In this document: positions 1 through 12,605 of the stretch, piece after piece
How the letters are laid out: each line of letters starts with the position of its first letter
How positions within the stretch are numbered: the first letter of the stretch is position 1
Source of the DNA: Octopus vulgaris
Taxonomy: Eukaryota
DNA length: 64,000 nucleotides
Assembly: GCA_951406725.2 (NCBI GenBank)
Contig: OX597817.1
Span: 56,916,001 to 56,980,000, forward strand
Direction of reading: 5' to 3'
The notes under the pieces: model-generated
Database searches by the model: none
Seen by the model: the letters and a program-made list of their open reading frames with translations, nothing else
What the model was told of the DNA's origin: nothing
Position numbers and translations under genes: made by a program

Positions 1-149
1 TTGGGATAAGAACGTCTTTGAGAATGTCTCTACGTAGACGACCGCCCTACCAGGATCAGCCAGACCCCCTTTGCATCATGCATTTTACCATCATAAATTG
101 GGAATGAGAAATCAAACAACAGAATCTCAACTTCTTTAAAATTTTGATT

Positions 150-560
150 GCAGATGACACACGATATGAGAACAGTGCTGGCAAAACCTACATTCTCAAA
201 ATTGCTTAACATCTTGAGAAGCCTTACTCTGAGCATTAAGGCCAGGATCCGAAAATCGAACTGCTGTCCACCTTGTGTTAAGGTATGGAAGTGAGGCAAG
301 GTCTATGTCTTCAAGAATGAGTAAGTGCTCGGAGAGTTGTGAAATGTGGTTCTTAAGGTGAATATTAAGGATAGAATGGACAGACAAAATGTCTAATGAA
401 GAAGTGATGACTCGGGTTGCGGTAAATAAGAAAGAGCTTCATGAGATAGGGGCCAAACAACTGAGGTTTGTTGGTCATGTGACGAGGAAAAACGGTCCAG
501 AATATTTAGCGATGACCAGAAAGATTGAAGGGGAAAGAAGCAGAGAAAGGAGAAGGATGG
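150..560 (+). mobile_element. Decayed RTE-clade LINE, 3' part of ORF (post-RT region)
   Basis: Translation gives YGSEA..SCEMWFLR*ILRIEWTDKMSNEEVMTRV...QLRFVGHVTRK...KIEGERSRERRR. This matches the RTE/BovB C-terminal pattern YG.E.W..EMW..RR.LRI.W.D..TNEEV...L...GH..R...G.R.RGR, and contains stops. Confidence 0.8.
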
Positions 561-660
561 ATGTCTTTTGTTTAAACGTCCATCCAATTTGACCTGTGGC
601 TAAATAAAAGCAAAGTCACAAACTGATACAATTCATTAATGATATATTTTTATGTTTTTA

Positions 661-872
661 AGGCAGCGACCTGACAGAAACGTTAGGACACCGGGCGAAA
701 TGCTTAGAGATATTTCGTCTGTCTTTACGTTCTGTGTTCAAATTCCGCAGAGGTCGACGTTGCCTTTCATCCTTTCAGGGTCGATAAATCAAGTACTGTT
801 GCGTACTGGGGTCGATCTAATCGACTGGACCCCTCCCCAAAAATTTCGGGCCTTATGCCTAGAGTAGAAAAG
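661..872 (+). mobile_element. SINE family A copy (head ggcggcgagctggcagaaacgttagc, core gcctttcatcctttcggggtcgataaa)
   Basis: B-box-like gttcaaattcc. Other copies lie at about 10012-10172(+), 10862-11260(-), 26080-26312(+), 30387-30600(+), 33060-33478(+), 37736-37975(+), 41505-41692(-), 57743-57958(+), 59800-60150(-) and 60237-60370(+). Confidence 0.9.
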
Positions 873-879
873 GATATAT

Positions 880-1076
880 TTTATCTTTTACTTGTTCCAG
901 TCATTAGACTGCGGCCATGCTGGGGCACCGCCTTGAAGAAATTTTAGCCGAATGAATCGACCCCAGTGCTTATTTTTGAAGACCGGTATTTATTTTATTG
1001 ATCTCTTTTGTCGAACCACTAGATATCGAGATGTAAACACACCAATACCCATTTGTCAAGCGGTAGTGGAGGACAA

Positions 1077-1123
<47 letters not shown>

Positions 1124-1275
1124 ATAGGCTCTTTTCAGTTTCCGTCTACCATTTCCACTCGCAAGACTTTGGTCATCCCGAGGCAATGGAAGACACCTGC
1201 TCAATGTGTCACGCAGCAAGACAGAACTCGGATTCTTGTGACTGGGAAGCGAATTTCTCGCCACATAGCCCCGCA
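880..1275 (-). mobile_element. SINE family B copy (diverged) with internal (CA)n
   Basis: Reverse-complement match to the family B copy at 13725-14130. Confidence 0.85.
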
Positions 1276-1415
1276 CGTGCCTATTATATATAATGAGTTT
1301 AATTAAAATTCTCAACTCACAATGTTCCTGCAGGAAATGTGGTAATCAAGAATTGGTAACCAAGAACTGGTAATTAAGAATTGGTGATGAAGAAACGATT
1401 ATCAGGAATGCAAAC

Positions 1416-1445
1416 ACTTACCTGAAAATAAAAATATAAAAAGAA
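1416..1445 (-). other. Candidate recursive splice site (3'ss directly abutting 5'ss)
   Basis: Minus strand reads ttctttttatatttttattttcag|gtaagt: a long pyrimidine tract plus CAG, followed immediately by a perfect GTAAGT donor. Confidence 0.5.
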
Positions 1446-2025
1446 TCTTTTAATATAACATGATGACAACATTGATTATAATTTCAATATATCACTTTTT
1501 ATACAAAAACCAAAAAAATTCAATTATCATAATTTATGCGAATATTAAATGATTTGGCTAAACAGAAATCAGTATTGACTTGTTATGACAAGTGTACAGA
1601 TGCAAGTGTTTACTAATTTGATCTTGCAATTTGTACACTTAATGTTCCTTCAGCCGTTGTTCTTTTGGCAAAATAAAGAAATGATTATACGTAATTCAAG
1701 TCTCGTCAGTAATCTTGTTTTACAAGCTTAAGATGTGTGTTTCATAATCACGAAGAGCGTGTCTTGGGCATACGCCTCTTATTACCACGCCGGGTCGGGT
1801 CAAGGTTTGTCAGTGAAATTAGTTTGACAGAAACTGTATGCACGGAATCTCTTGATGGAATTCACCTGTAATTCAACCCTTCGACCTTATTGCATTGCGT
1901 CATGCTGCATTAAGGGTGTATATATCAGTGGAATATTTAGCTACTTGCAAGCTAATTTAACGACGAGTAGAGTTGATCGAACAACGGAACAACCATCATG
2001 GAACTGACATATATATATATATATA

Positions 2026-2205
2026 TGATCGCTAAATCCACTAGTCTTTTTATTCCTTCTCTGTTTATTTCCTCGTATTCCTTTCTGATGAAGAGCGTAG
2101 GCTCGAAACATAAATGACTTTCTCACTTTCCCGAGCGTGAAACTAATACACCTGTTTGTTGTTTATACACCTGTCTTCGTCTTTTGTTTTTCAGTAAATT
2201 TCAAC

Positions 2206-2208
<3 letters not shown>
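2026..2208 (+). mobile_element. Short (~180 bp) Penelope-derived element with hammerhead motif, in (TA)n
   Basis: cttt-CTGATGA-a-gagc(gtag)gctc-GAAA-C-ATA-aatg at 2081-2116. Flanked by (TA)n, with homologous copies at 5473-5634, 21985-22177 and 44249-44436. Confidence 0.75.
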
Positions 2209-2281
<73 letters not shown>

Positions 2282-2659
2282 CTCGTCTGCACACACACAC
2301 ACACACACACACACGCGCATACACACAAACACGCACAACGGGCTTCTTTCAATTTTCCGTCTATAAGTCTACTCACAAGACTTTGATTAGCTGTTGGGCA
2401 AGTGTCTTCCACCGTAAGTAGAAGACTCTTGCTTAAAGTGCCATGCAGTGTGACTGACCTCGGAACTGTGCGGTTGGGAACCAAACTCCTTACCACACAG
2501 CCACGCCTGCACCTTATATAAATTCTATGTATTAGTTGAGAGAATAAATGAATGCTCATCGTCGAAATCGACGGCGGACACATCATCAAAAGCCAGACAC
2601 TACGGACACAAAATGCCTTGCCAAATTGGGATCGCTCCAAGTCTATTTCCTCTCTGGTG

Positions 2660-3177
2660 TTGTTGATGTTGTTGTTGTGGTCGGTGTTTTTGTTGTTGTT
2701 GTTGTTGTTGGTAGTGGTGGTGGTGTGGTGGTGGTGATGTATGTTGGCGAGAGTAAATGAAAATCAGAAGAAGTGACCGCGGGAGAGGGGGTAATGGTGT
2801 TGGAAATGATGATGATGGCAGCGGTGGTGGTGGGGGGTAGAAGTAGTAAACAAAATTCAGGGGTGGTGGTCGTGGTAGAGATGGTAGTGCTGGTGGTAAT
2901 GTTGGTCATGATGGGGATGGTAACGGTAGAGGTGTTTGTGGTGCTGGTAGTCGAAACGGTGGTGGTGGTAGTGGTGGTAGTAGTGGTAGTGGTGGTGGTC
3001 TGGTGGTGAATGTTGGGATAGTGGTGGAAAGGGTCGTGGGGATGATAGTAATGGCGGTAGTTGTGATGGTGGCCGTGGTGGTTCTGGTGGCAGTGATGGG
3101 TGTAGCGGTTGTAGTGGTGGTGTAGATGATGATGATGATAATGATGATGATGATACATGAAACAGCAGCAGTAGTAT

Positions 3178-3224
<47 letters not shown>

Positions 3225-3230
3225 ATGGAG
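2660..3230. repeat. Degenerate (GGT/GTT/GAT/GTA)n trinucleotide tract
   Basis: Seen directly. Similar tracts at 4045-4420, 8830-9340, 28526-28800, 55380-55455, 55750-55890, 61420-61580 and 61820-62220. Confidence 0.95.
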
Positions 3231-4490
3231 GTATATGTATGTTGTGGCGTTATGCTGTTTTGCTAGAAAGGAAATAAGAAGCAGAGTGCAACAGACTGAA
3301 GGGGGCGCGTCGTGTGTTCTGGTGTCTTGGTGTCTACAAAATATTGGTTAAGAGGGGAGGGGGAATTGTGGTGGTGTAGGGTCGGGGAGGTGTTTGACCA
3401 GTGAAACGGACGTCAGTGGATCGATGCGTTGTTGCAACTGGCCATCTTACATCGGTGACACCCTGCCGTGTCTGGGTTTAGTAAGTAGAAAACACTCCCC
3501 CTCAGATATTTCCTCGCATCATACAAATATGGATGTATGTATGTGTACGTACGTATGTGTGTGTGTATGTGCCTATCTGTGTGTACGTATATATGTATGT
3601 GCGTGTATATGTATGTGTGTGCGCGTGTGTGTATGTGTATATGTATGCATGCATGTATGTGAATGTGTATATACATACACACACATTTATATATGGGAGC
3701 GTTTGTGTGTGTCTGTATGTTTGTATGTGTATGCATATGTGTATGTACGTGTATGTATGTATATATATGTGCGTGTGTATATGTGCGCAAGTGTATGTGT
3801 ATATGTACATATGTATGTATGCATGTATATATATATATATAATGTATATGTATATATATATTATACGTGTGTGTGTATATGTGGGTAAATGTGTGAATGT
3901 ATGTGTATGTGTATGCATGTGTGTATGTATGTGTGTATGTGTGTACAACAATTAATTGACCTCATTCATTAAGTCCTTGGGTTGTTTTGATGGACCAACA
4001 GGACACTCGTCTGATAAGCAGGTAAATATTGGTGGCTTTGTTTAGTGGTGGCGGCGGCGCCGCGGTGGTGGTGGTGGTGGTGTTTGCACGTGGGTGATGG
4101 TATGTGTGTTAATGTCGTGCAGTGTAGGTAGCGCTATTGGTATGCAGATGTTGACGGAAGTGGTGATGCTGGTGGTGGTGGTGGTGGTGGTGGTGGTGGC
4201 GGCGGCGGCAGTGGTGTGTAGTGTGAGGGAGATGATGTTGATACGATTGAGGTAGGTGGAGGTGGTGGTGGTAGTGCTGGGTGGTAATGGTAATAGTGAT
4301 GGTGTTAATGTCGTAGTATTATGTGGTTGCGGTGGTGGTGTAAGTGTGCGGTTGGCGGAAGTATGCAATGTGTAGGTGATAGTTTTAATTTTGATGGTGG
4401 GGTGGGTGAGGTCGTTGCGTTGCCATGACAATGGTGTGTGGTCATTCTTTGGATACAAACTGCATTGTTATTTCATCGCCAACACGTCAA

Positions 4491-4657
4491 TAGGAGTGGG
4501 TGTGTGGTAAGTAGCTTGCTTACCAACCACATGGTTCCAGGTTCAGTCCCACTGTATGGCACCTTGGGCAAGTGTCTTCTACTATAACCTCGGGCCGACC
4601 AAAGCCTTGTGAGTGGATTTGGTAGACAGAAACTGAAAGAAGCCCATCGTGTATATG

Positions 4658-4697
<40 letters not shown>

Positions 4698-4922
4698 GGA
4701 TGTGTGTGTGCGTGTATGTATGTGTGTTTGTGTTTGTCGCCCCCCCCCCCAACATCGCTTGACAACCGATGCTGGTGTGTTTATGTCTCCGTAAACGGTT
4801 CGGCAAAAGAGACCGTTAGAATAAGTACTAGGCTTACAAAGAATAAGCTCTAGGGTCGATTTGCTCGACTAAAGGGAGTGCTCCAGCATGGCCACAGTCA
4901 AATGACTGAAACAAGTAAAAGA
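4491..4922 (+). mobile_element. SINE family B, full length
   Basis: tRNA-like head, CORE-like accttgggcaagt, internal (TA)n(TG)n, and tail cagcatggccacagtcaaatgactgaaacaagtaaaag. Confidence 0.9.
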
Positions 4923-5472
4923 GCAAGCTTAAGTTGCTTTTCTTGGTGTCAGTTAATCCGTCTGTTGTTGTCCATGATGATCAAGGAGTTCACATGGAAG
5001 CTCAGATTTTCAAAGCGGTACTCCAATGACTAACATAAGTAAAAGGTAAAAAATAAAATGTAAATACACCAGGTTATCCAAAGATAAGGCTTTACTTCCA
5101 CACATGCCAGCTTAATTTAATTCGTCCTTAGTCGAAAGACACCTGTTGTTATGTCCTGTTATTTGTATTTGTGTAACATTCTCCGTTCTTTTTTTCGTCC
5201 TTGTTTTCGTATACATTTCTTCCAAAGATTCTAATGCTCTTAGCTTAGTTTTTCCTTGGGGTTGGCCAAATTGGAGCAATCTCGAGTATAACAGGCCGAA
5301 ATTGCTAACATAATCTGGAACTCGACTGAGGAAAGAATACTCCGAATGGCCCATCTTTGTTTTCATTGTATCGTCTATCTGGATGTTTTGTTTTCCCTTT
5401 TTTGTATCACCTAACTGTCTGGATGCTTTGCATTCTTGTCCTGTTTTGTATATATACATATATGTGTGTGTG

Positions 5473-5630
5473 TAGTGAGGATTTACAAAAATACAACATA
5501 CGAAGACAGGTGTGTAAACAACAAATAGATGCATTAGTTTTTTACGTTTCGAGCCTACGCTCTTCGACAGAAAGGAACACAGAAATAAACAGAGAGAGAA
5601 AATAGAAAAAGGTTTAGTGGCTAGCGATCT

Positions 5631-5634
<4 letters not shown>
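5473..5634 (-). mobile_element. Short PLE-derived hammerhead element, copy 2
   Basis: Minus strand: cttt-CTGTCGA-a-gagc(gtag)gctc-GAAAC-GTA-aaaa (5539-5574). The 5' end tgatagatcgcta abuts (TA)n. Confidence 0.75.
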
Positions 5635-5706
<72 letters not shown>

Positions 5707-5744
5707 TATATAAATATATATATATACACACAGATCTCTTTTTT

Positions 5745-6145
5745 TTATTCTTTTACTTGTTTCAGTCATTTGACTGCGGCCATGCTGGAGCACCACCTTT
5801 AGTCGAACAAATCGACCCCAGGACTTATTCTTTGTAAGCCCAGTACTTATTCTATCGTTCTCTTTTGCCGAACCGCTAAGTGACGGGGACGTAAACACAC
5901 CAGCATCGGTTGTCAAGCGAATGCTGGGGTGACAAACACAGACGCACACAAACACACATATACACATATATATACATATATACGACAGGCTTTTTTCAGT
6001 TTCCATCTACCAAATTCACTCACAAGGCTTAGGTCGGCCCGAGGCTATAGCAGAAGACATTTGCCCAAGGTGCCACGCAGTGGGACTGAACCCGGAACCA
6101 TATGGTTGGTAAGCAAGCTACTTACCACACAGCCACTCCTGCGCT
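5745..6145 (-). mobile_element. SINE family B, full length
   Basis: Near-identical reverse complement of the family B copies at 4491 and 13725. Confidence 0.9.
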
Positions 6146-6169
6146 TATGTATATTTTTATTTATATTTA

Positions 6170-6316
6170 TAGCAGAAGTATCAGAGGGACTCAAGAGTCG
6201 AGAGTTTCGTGTGTTGGCACTTATCGAACTGGTCACTAGACTTCGACCTGTGACCCGTTCGTTAAGTGCCAGCGCACGAAACTCTCGGCTCCTGAGTCCC
6301 TCCGTTACTTCTGCTA
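6170..6316. repeat. Long inverted repeat (67-bp arms, 13-nt loop)
   Basis: Arm 6170-6236 differs from the reverse complement of 6250-6316 at 8 positions. A second hairpin follows at about 6342-6450. Confidence 0.9.
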
Positions 6317-6531
6317 AATATTAACAAAACTTTTATCTCGAAACAAGAATATTAATGACAGGGACTTCGAAGTTTCAGCCAGGTAAGCCAGCTAGACGAT
6401 GGCTTAGGTGACCGAAACTCCGAAGTCCCCGTTGCTAATAGTGTTGTTTAAGAATAATACATTTGTACTCTACAACATAATAGAGTAACCGATGAGTTTA
6501 ATATAAAATTGTCTTTTCTATAGCTGAACAT

Positions 6532-6587
<56 letters not shown>

Positions 6588-6894
6588 CGCCTGTTGATAA
6601 TGATTTGTAAAAGAACAAGCAGAGTATAAGTTACGACATAATTGATAGCGTATCAAATCCAACAGGTAAGCCATTACCTGTCAACCAGTCGGGGGTCCCC
6701 TCTATAACCCTGTACCGAGAGAGAAAGACACAGGGAGAGAGGGAGAGAGGGAGAGGGGAGAGGAGGACAAGGAGAGAGAGCAAGAACGTTGACACTGTTG
6801 TCATTCTCTCACAGTTTCTTCTCGGTTTGCCTTTCGTCAGCTAACGATTTACATAATATTGTATTGCAAAAGGTCAAACGACGACCAAGTTGAA

Positions 6895-8160
6895 TGAGAG
6901 GTGGGGAGAGGAAGGGTGGGACATTGGTGAAGGGAGGAGGAGGAGGATATTGTTTCTGAGAGAGAGAGAAAGAGAGAGGGAGAGAGAGAGAGAAAGAAAG
7001 AGAGAGGGAGAGAAAGAGAGAGAGAAGTGAGGAGGGATGAGTTTATTATTGTTGAGAGAGTGAGAGAGATTGACGAAGGGTGGAGGGTGAGATATTGTTG
7101 TTTAAAGAAAGGGGAGGGGATGAATTGTAAGGAAAGAGAGAGCTGAAAGAATGTTGTATAGAGTGAGAGGGAGGGAAAGTGGAGGGAAGAGGAAAGCGAT
7201 GTCGGTGGTGGGGGGGAGAAAGAGCGACAGAGAGAAGGATTAAATGAAGTTTGAAAAGGAGATGTGTGTGTGTATGAGAGAGAGAGAGACATAGAGAGAG
7301 AGACAGACAGACAGAGACAGACAGACAGAGAGAAGGATTAAATAAAGTTTGAAAAGGAGATGTGTGTGTGTATGAGAGAGAGAGAGACATAGAGAGAGAG
7401 ACAGACAGACAGAGACAGACAGACAGAGACAGACAGACAGACAGAAGGTATGAATAAAGTTGGGAAGACGAGAGCGAGAAAGAGAGTGGGAGAAGAGGGA
7501 GAAAAAGAGGTTATAGAATGAAGGGAGAGGTAGAAGGATAAGTATAAAACGATAGGGGGGGAGAAGAGAAGTGAAGTAATGGAGCAGGGGAGGAGAAAGA
7601 CAGCGGTATGAGGATGGTAATGGAAGAGAGAGAGAGAGAGAGAGAGAAAGAAAGGAAGGAGATAAAGCGTTGGAGAGAAGAGAAAGAGAGTGAAGGGAAA
7701 GAGAGAGTGAGAGAAGGGGATAAGAAGGCGGAGGAAAAAAGAAATGAAAGAGAGAGAGAATAGCAGGAAGAAAGAGAGAGAGAGAAAGACAGCGAATAGT
7801 GAAAGAATAAAACAATAACAGTGTGAAAGAGGGAAGGAAAGGGAGAGAGAGAGAACAGACTGACAAAGAATGAGAGGGAAGAGAGGGAGGAAGAGAGGGA
7901 AGGAGATATATGAGGGAAAGAAAGGTGTCGTTTGGAAAGGAGCTTCGTCAGGGAGAGAGAAAATAGAGAAATATTGTAACAAATGAGAGAGGGGGATTGG
8001 AAAGTAAGTCGGATAGAGAAAGCGAAAGCAAGGAGAAAAAGAAAGAAAGAAAGAAAGAACAGAAAGGAAGCCAAATAGAAAGGGAAAAAAGGAATGATAA
8101 AGAGAGAGTGGGGTGAAGCAGAATAGCAGGAGCCCTTCAATATAAACAGAAAAGAAATAG
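6895..8160. repeat. ~1.2 kb polypurine (GA-rich) tract containing a ~94-100 bp tandem duplication
   Basis: Unit agagaaggattaaat(g/a)aagtttgaaaaggagatgtgtgtgtgtatgagag... at about 7230 and 7328, with a partial third copy near 7443. Confidence 0.9.
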
Positions 8161-8352
8161 GCGGAATATACCGAAAATAACCGGAGACGCTCGTAAAGAA
8201 ATATAAATTGAGGGGTAAAAATAAAAGAAGAAATATATATTATAAACAAAATATTGCCGACTAATTACTAATTAAGTACAAAGTAAACTTATTAAAGAAA
8301 ACTATTTGAACGGGTGGCGACGACACCCGAAATGCTGTCTTTGTTCTTGCAG

Positions 8353-8725
8353 GCACGGACTATCTTCTCTAATGGCGGGGCAGACGACACATTTAAAGAA
8401 TTATTTATTATCTGTTATTTATTATTAAATATTTATGTTTATATTTATAAAATGCATGTGGAGATTGTATTTTGTAAATAGTAATAATAATTAGACAAAT
8501 CTGCCTAATGATGAAACTGTAAGAAGGTAGCCATAGCGAAGCAGACGACGACTCCATAAATGATTATGTTGAATATATATATTTACAATATAATGTTATG
8601 TATAATAATTATTGTATACATAAATAATATGGTATGTATACATACGGTTTGTTTTGTTTGTTAATAAATAAATGGAAAATGTTGTGTTGTGTGTAAAAAG
8701 GTTTATTGTGTGTAAACAAATAAAC
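8353..8725 (+). other. Possible terminal exon / 3'UTR with poly(A) signal
   Basis: Acceptor tctttgttcttgcag|G at 8352/8353, then non-repetitive AU-rich sequence with several TGTA motifs. AATAAA at 8663 is followed by GT-rich gttgtgttgtgtgt, with a second AATAAA at 8719. Confidence 0.3.
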
Positions 8726-9403
8726 ATCCTCAATCTGATGTCGCTGATGTTTTGTCAAAAATAACTAAAAAGAAGAGAATTTGGAGAAAAATAATGAAAA
8801 AAAAATACTGAAAAATAATTTCTGTTGGACAGTGGTGGTGGTGGTGGTAGTAGTAGTGGTGGTGGTGGCAATGATTGTAGGAGTGGTAGCAGTTGAAGTA
8901 CGGTGGTGTTAATGTTGTGCTGGTGGCGGTGTAGAGGCGGTGGTGTGTTGATAACTGTTATGGCTTGGTTGTGGTGGTGGTGGAGGTGGTTGTGGTGACG
9001 GTGTAGTTGTGTGGTGGTGGTGGTAGTGGTGGTGGTAGTAGTTGCAGTGGTGGTTGTAGTGGTATTTGATGTGGTGGTGGTGGTTGCAGTGGTGATAGCA
9101 ATAATGATGAATATAGAAGTGATGGTGGTAGTGGTACAGTGGTATTGAACATGAAGTCTAAAGGTTGTAGTAGTTGCGGTAGCGCGGGCAGTGGTATAGT
9201 GGTGATGTAGTAGTAGTAGTAGTGGTGGTGGTGGTTTTGGTGGTGGTGGCGACAGCTGTACTGCAGTGTTAGTGTAAAAGAAGTGTGGTGGTGGTGGTGA
9301 TAGGAGTAGCAGTCGTAGAACAGTGGTGGTGGCGGTGATAGCGAAACTGTTCTACTGTTAAATAGGACTTTATTTGCAAAAGCTTTCTAGCCGTGGCCTT
9401 CTC

Positions 9404-9462
<59 letters not shown>

Positions 9463-10173
9463 TTATATATATATAATTAGGACCACATTGTAACTTGGTG
9501 GTGGTGATGGTGGTGTTGTTGGCTCTAATGATGGAGGTGGTCGTGGTTGCAGAGATTGAAACATATTCTGGTTTACGTAAGGCGGAGTATCACAGTTTTA
9601 GATGTAATATGTATGACACGGTTTCAATTCTCAGTTGGAGCTAATTTTCGTTTCGGTACTTTGTGATTAACGACAATGTCAGCTGTTTCACACCCTCTCT
9701 CTCTCTCCCTCTCCCTCTCTCTCTCTCTCATTATCTATCTATCTATCTATCTCTCTTTCCCTCAAGTATACAAATTGCTTTAAGGTATTGAATTGCAGTG
9801 ATGTCTCATTCTCTCTCTCTCTCTCGCTCTCTCTCTCTCGCTCTCTCTCTCTCTCACACACACACACAAACACGCATGCGTGCACATACGCACACGCACG
9901 CACACATACACATTCACACACACACACTCTCATTTCCTCTCTCTTTCTCAGATTTTTTTGTCACCCAGTATTTATGTATTTAGGGACTATCTTATTTAAC
10001 CTGGACCTCCTTCCGCGAGCTGGCAAAATCGTTAGCACTCCGGACGAAATTCTTAGCGGTATTTCGTTTGTCTTTACATTCTGAGATCAAATTCCACTGA
10101 GGTTGACTTTGCCTTTCATCCTTTTGGAGTCGATAAATTAAGTACCAGTAAAACATTGCCTATAGTAGAAAGG

Positions 10174-10206
<33 letters not shown>

Positions 10207-10751
10207 GAGTGAGAGAGCAGCGCATGCCATCAAAGTGACACTGGGGTAAAATATACGAAGCTCAGTATACCCATCATGACTACCCGTCTGATAAGGGTAC
10301 ACTAGACACATGCATCACAACCATATCTTGATCTTATATCAAGATAAACAGCGGATGACCTTGCAGGTGGGGCCCAGTTAGAATTTTCTTCTCGTCAAGT
10401 AAACCCATCCCGCTCAAAAGGTCCCTGAATAAGGGTTGTTTAAGGATGTTGAACGAAGCACCCATGTTTCCAGAGGTGAATTATTCAAACTCCAAAGAAT
10501 CCCTCTCAACAGATGGCTATGATGCTCCACCACTACTTCTACTCGTGATCAGAGATGCACATATCGTCAGCCGCTAAGGGACATGCTCAACTGGTTAAGG
10601 TCAAACAACTGACAAGCAAATCTGTGGTATTGAGCAGAATATTTGCTGTGACCCATCTTTTATACCAAGACAAAACACTGTACATGATAAAACTTCCAAT
10701 CAGTTAAGATCAGAAGCCATGAGAGCCACTGCCTGGTACTGCATTAGGGCA
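10207..10751 (-). mobile_element. Unclassified ~540-bp non-coding retroposon with (TAA)n tail
   Basis: Complex sequence bounded by (ATT)n on the left (the minus-strand 3' tail) and (ATC)n(AGC)n on the right. No ORF and no clear Pol III boxes. Single copy in this window. Confidence 0.5.
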
Positions 10752-10761
10752 TTATCATCAT

Positions 10762-10817
<56 letters not shown>

Positions 10818-11326
10818 TTCAACTCCCCGTTAATTCTCATTTAGCAGATCCATATGATTATTTCTACTCTAGGCAGAAGGCCTTGAAAATTTTGCGGACA
10901 AGAGGGATAGTCGATTACGTCGACCTCAGTGCGTAACTGGTACTTATTCCATCGACCCCGAAAAGATGAGAAGCAAAGTCGACCTTAGCGGAATTTGGAC
11001 TCAGAACGTGGCGGCAGACGAAATACCTATTTCTTTACTACCCACAAGGGGCTAAACACAGAGGAGACAAACAAGGACAGACAAAGGGATTAAGTCGATT
11101 ATATCGACCCCAGTGCGTAACTGGTCCTTAATGTATCGACCCCGAAAGGATGAAAGGCAAAGTCGACCTCGGCGGAATTTGAACTCAGAACGTAACGGCA
11201 GACGAAATACTGTTCAGCATTTCGCACGGAGTGCTAACGATTCTGCCAGCTCGTCGCCTTTAACCAGCTCGCTAACTTTATATATAATATAATATAATAT
11301 AATATAATATAATATAATATATATAA

Positions 11327-12270
<944 letters not shown>

Positions 12271-12568
12271 GTATGTGAACATCGATGTTACACGACGGAA
12301 TTCTTTTAGTTTCTGTCAGCTAAATCCACTCATAAGGCTTTGATAGGCCCGATGCTTTAGTAGAAGACACTTGCCCAAGGTGCTAAGCGTAGGACTGAAG
12401 CGGGAACCATGTGGTTGGGGAGCAAACTTCTTACCGAATCTCTGGCCTTGTGTCTATGTAAGAAACCAATTTCACTTAGTTTAACATATATTAGATAAGT
12501 CAAGAAAGAAGACAACACGTGGCAAGTTTTAGCAACTATTATATTTAAACGCTTAAAAGGAAGAGTTT

Positions 12569-12605
12569 GTGTCGACGTTTCGGATGCTATTCCTTCATCA
12601 GAATG
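12569..12605 (-). ncRNA. Minimal hammerhead ribozyme motif (GUC site), weak stem I
   Basis: Minus strand: catt-CTGATGA-a-gga(atagca)tcc-GAAA-C-GTC-gacac. It lies downstream of a faintly GIY-YIG-like decayed stretch (about 12740-13040, minus). Confidence 0.6.

Noticed and set aside
1681-1715. Minus-strand gatta-CTGACGA...cgta-taatc hammerhead-like string
   Set aside because: No stem II and no GAAA.
3395-3490. Possible exon (+ donor TTA|gtaagt at 3480, or - acceptor at 3473)
   Set aside because: The partner splice sites are weak and no translation is recognisable.
10700-10751. U2 snRNA-like words (taagatca, cctggtactgca)
   Set aside because: Too short, wrongly spaced, and lacking the branch-pairing region and Sm site.
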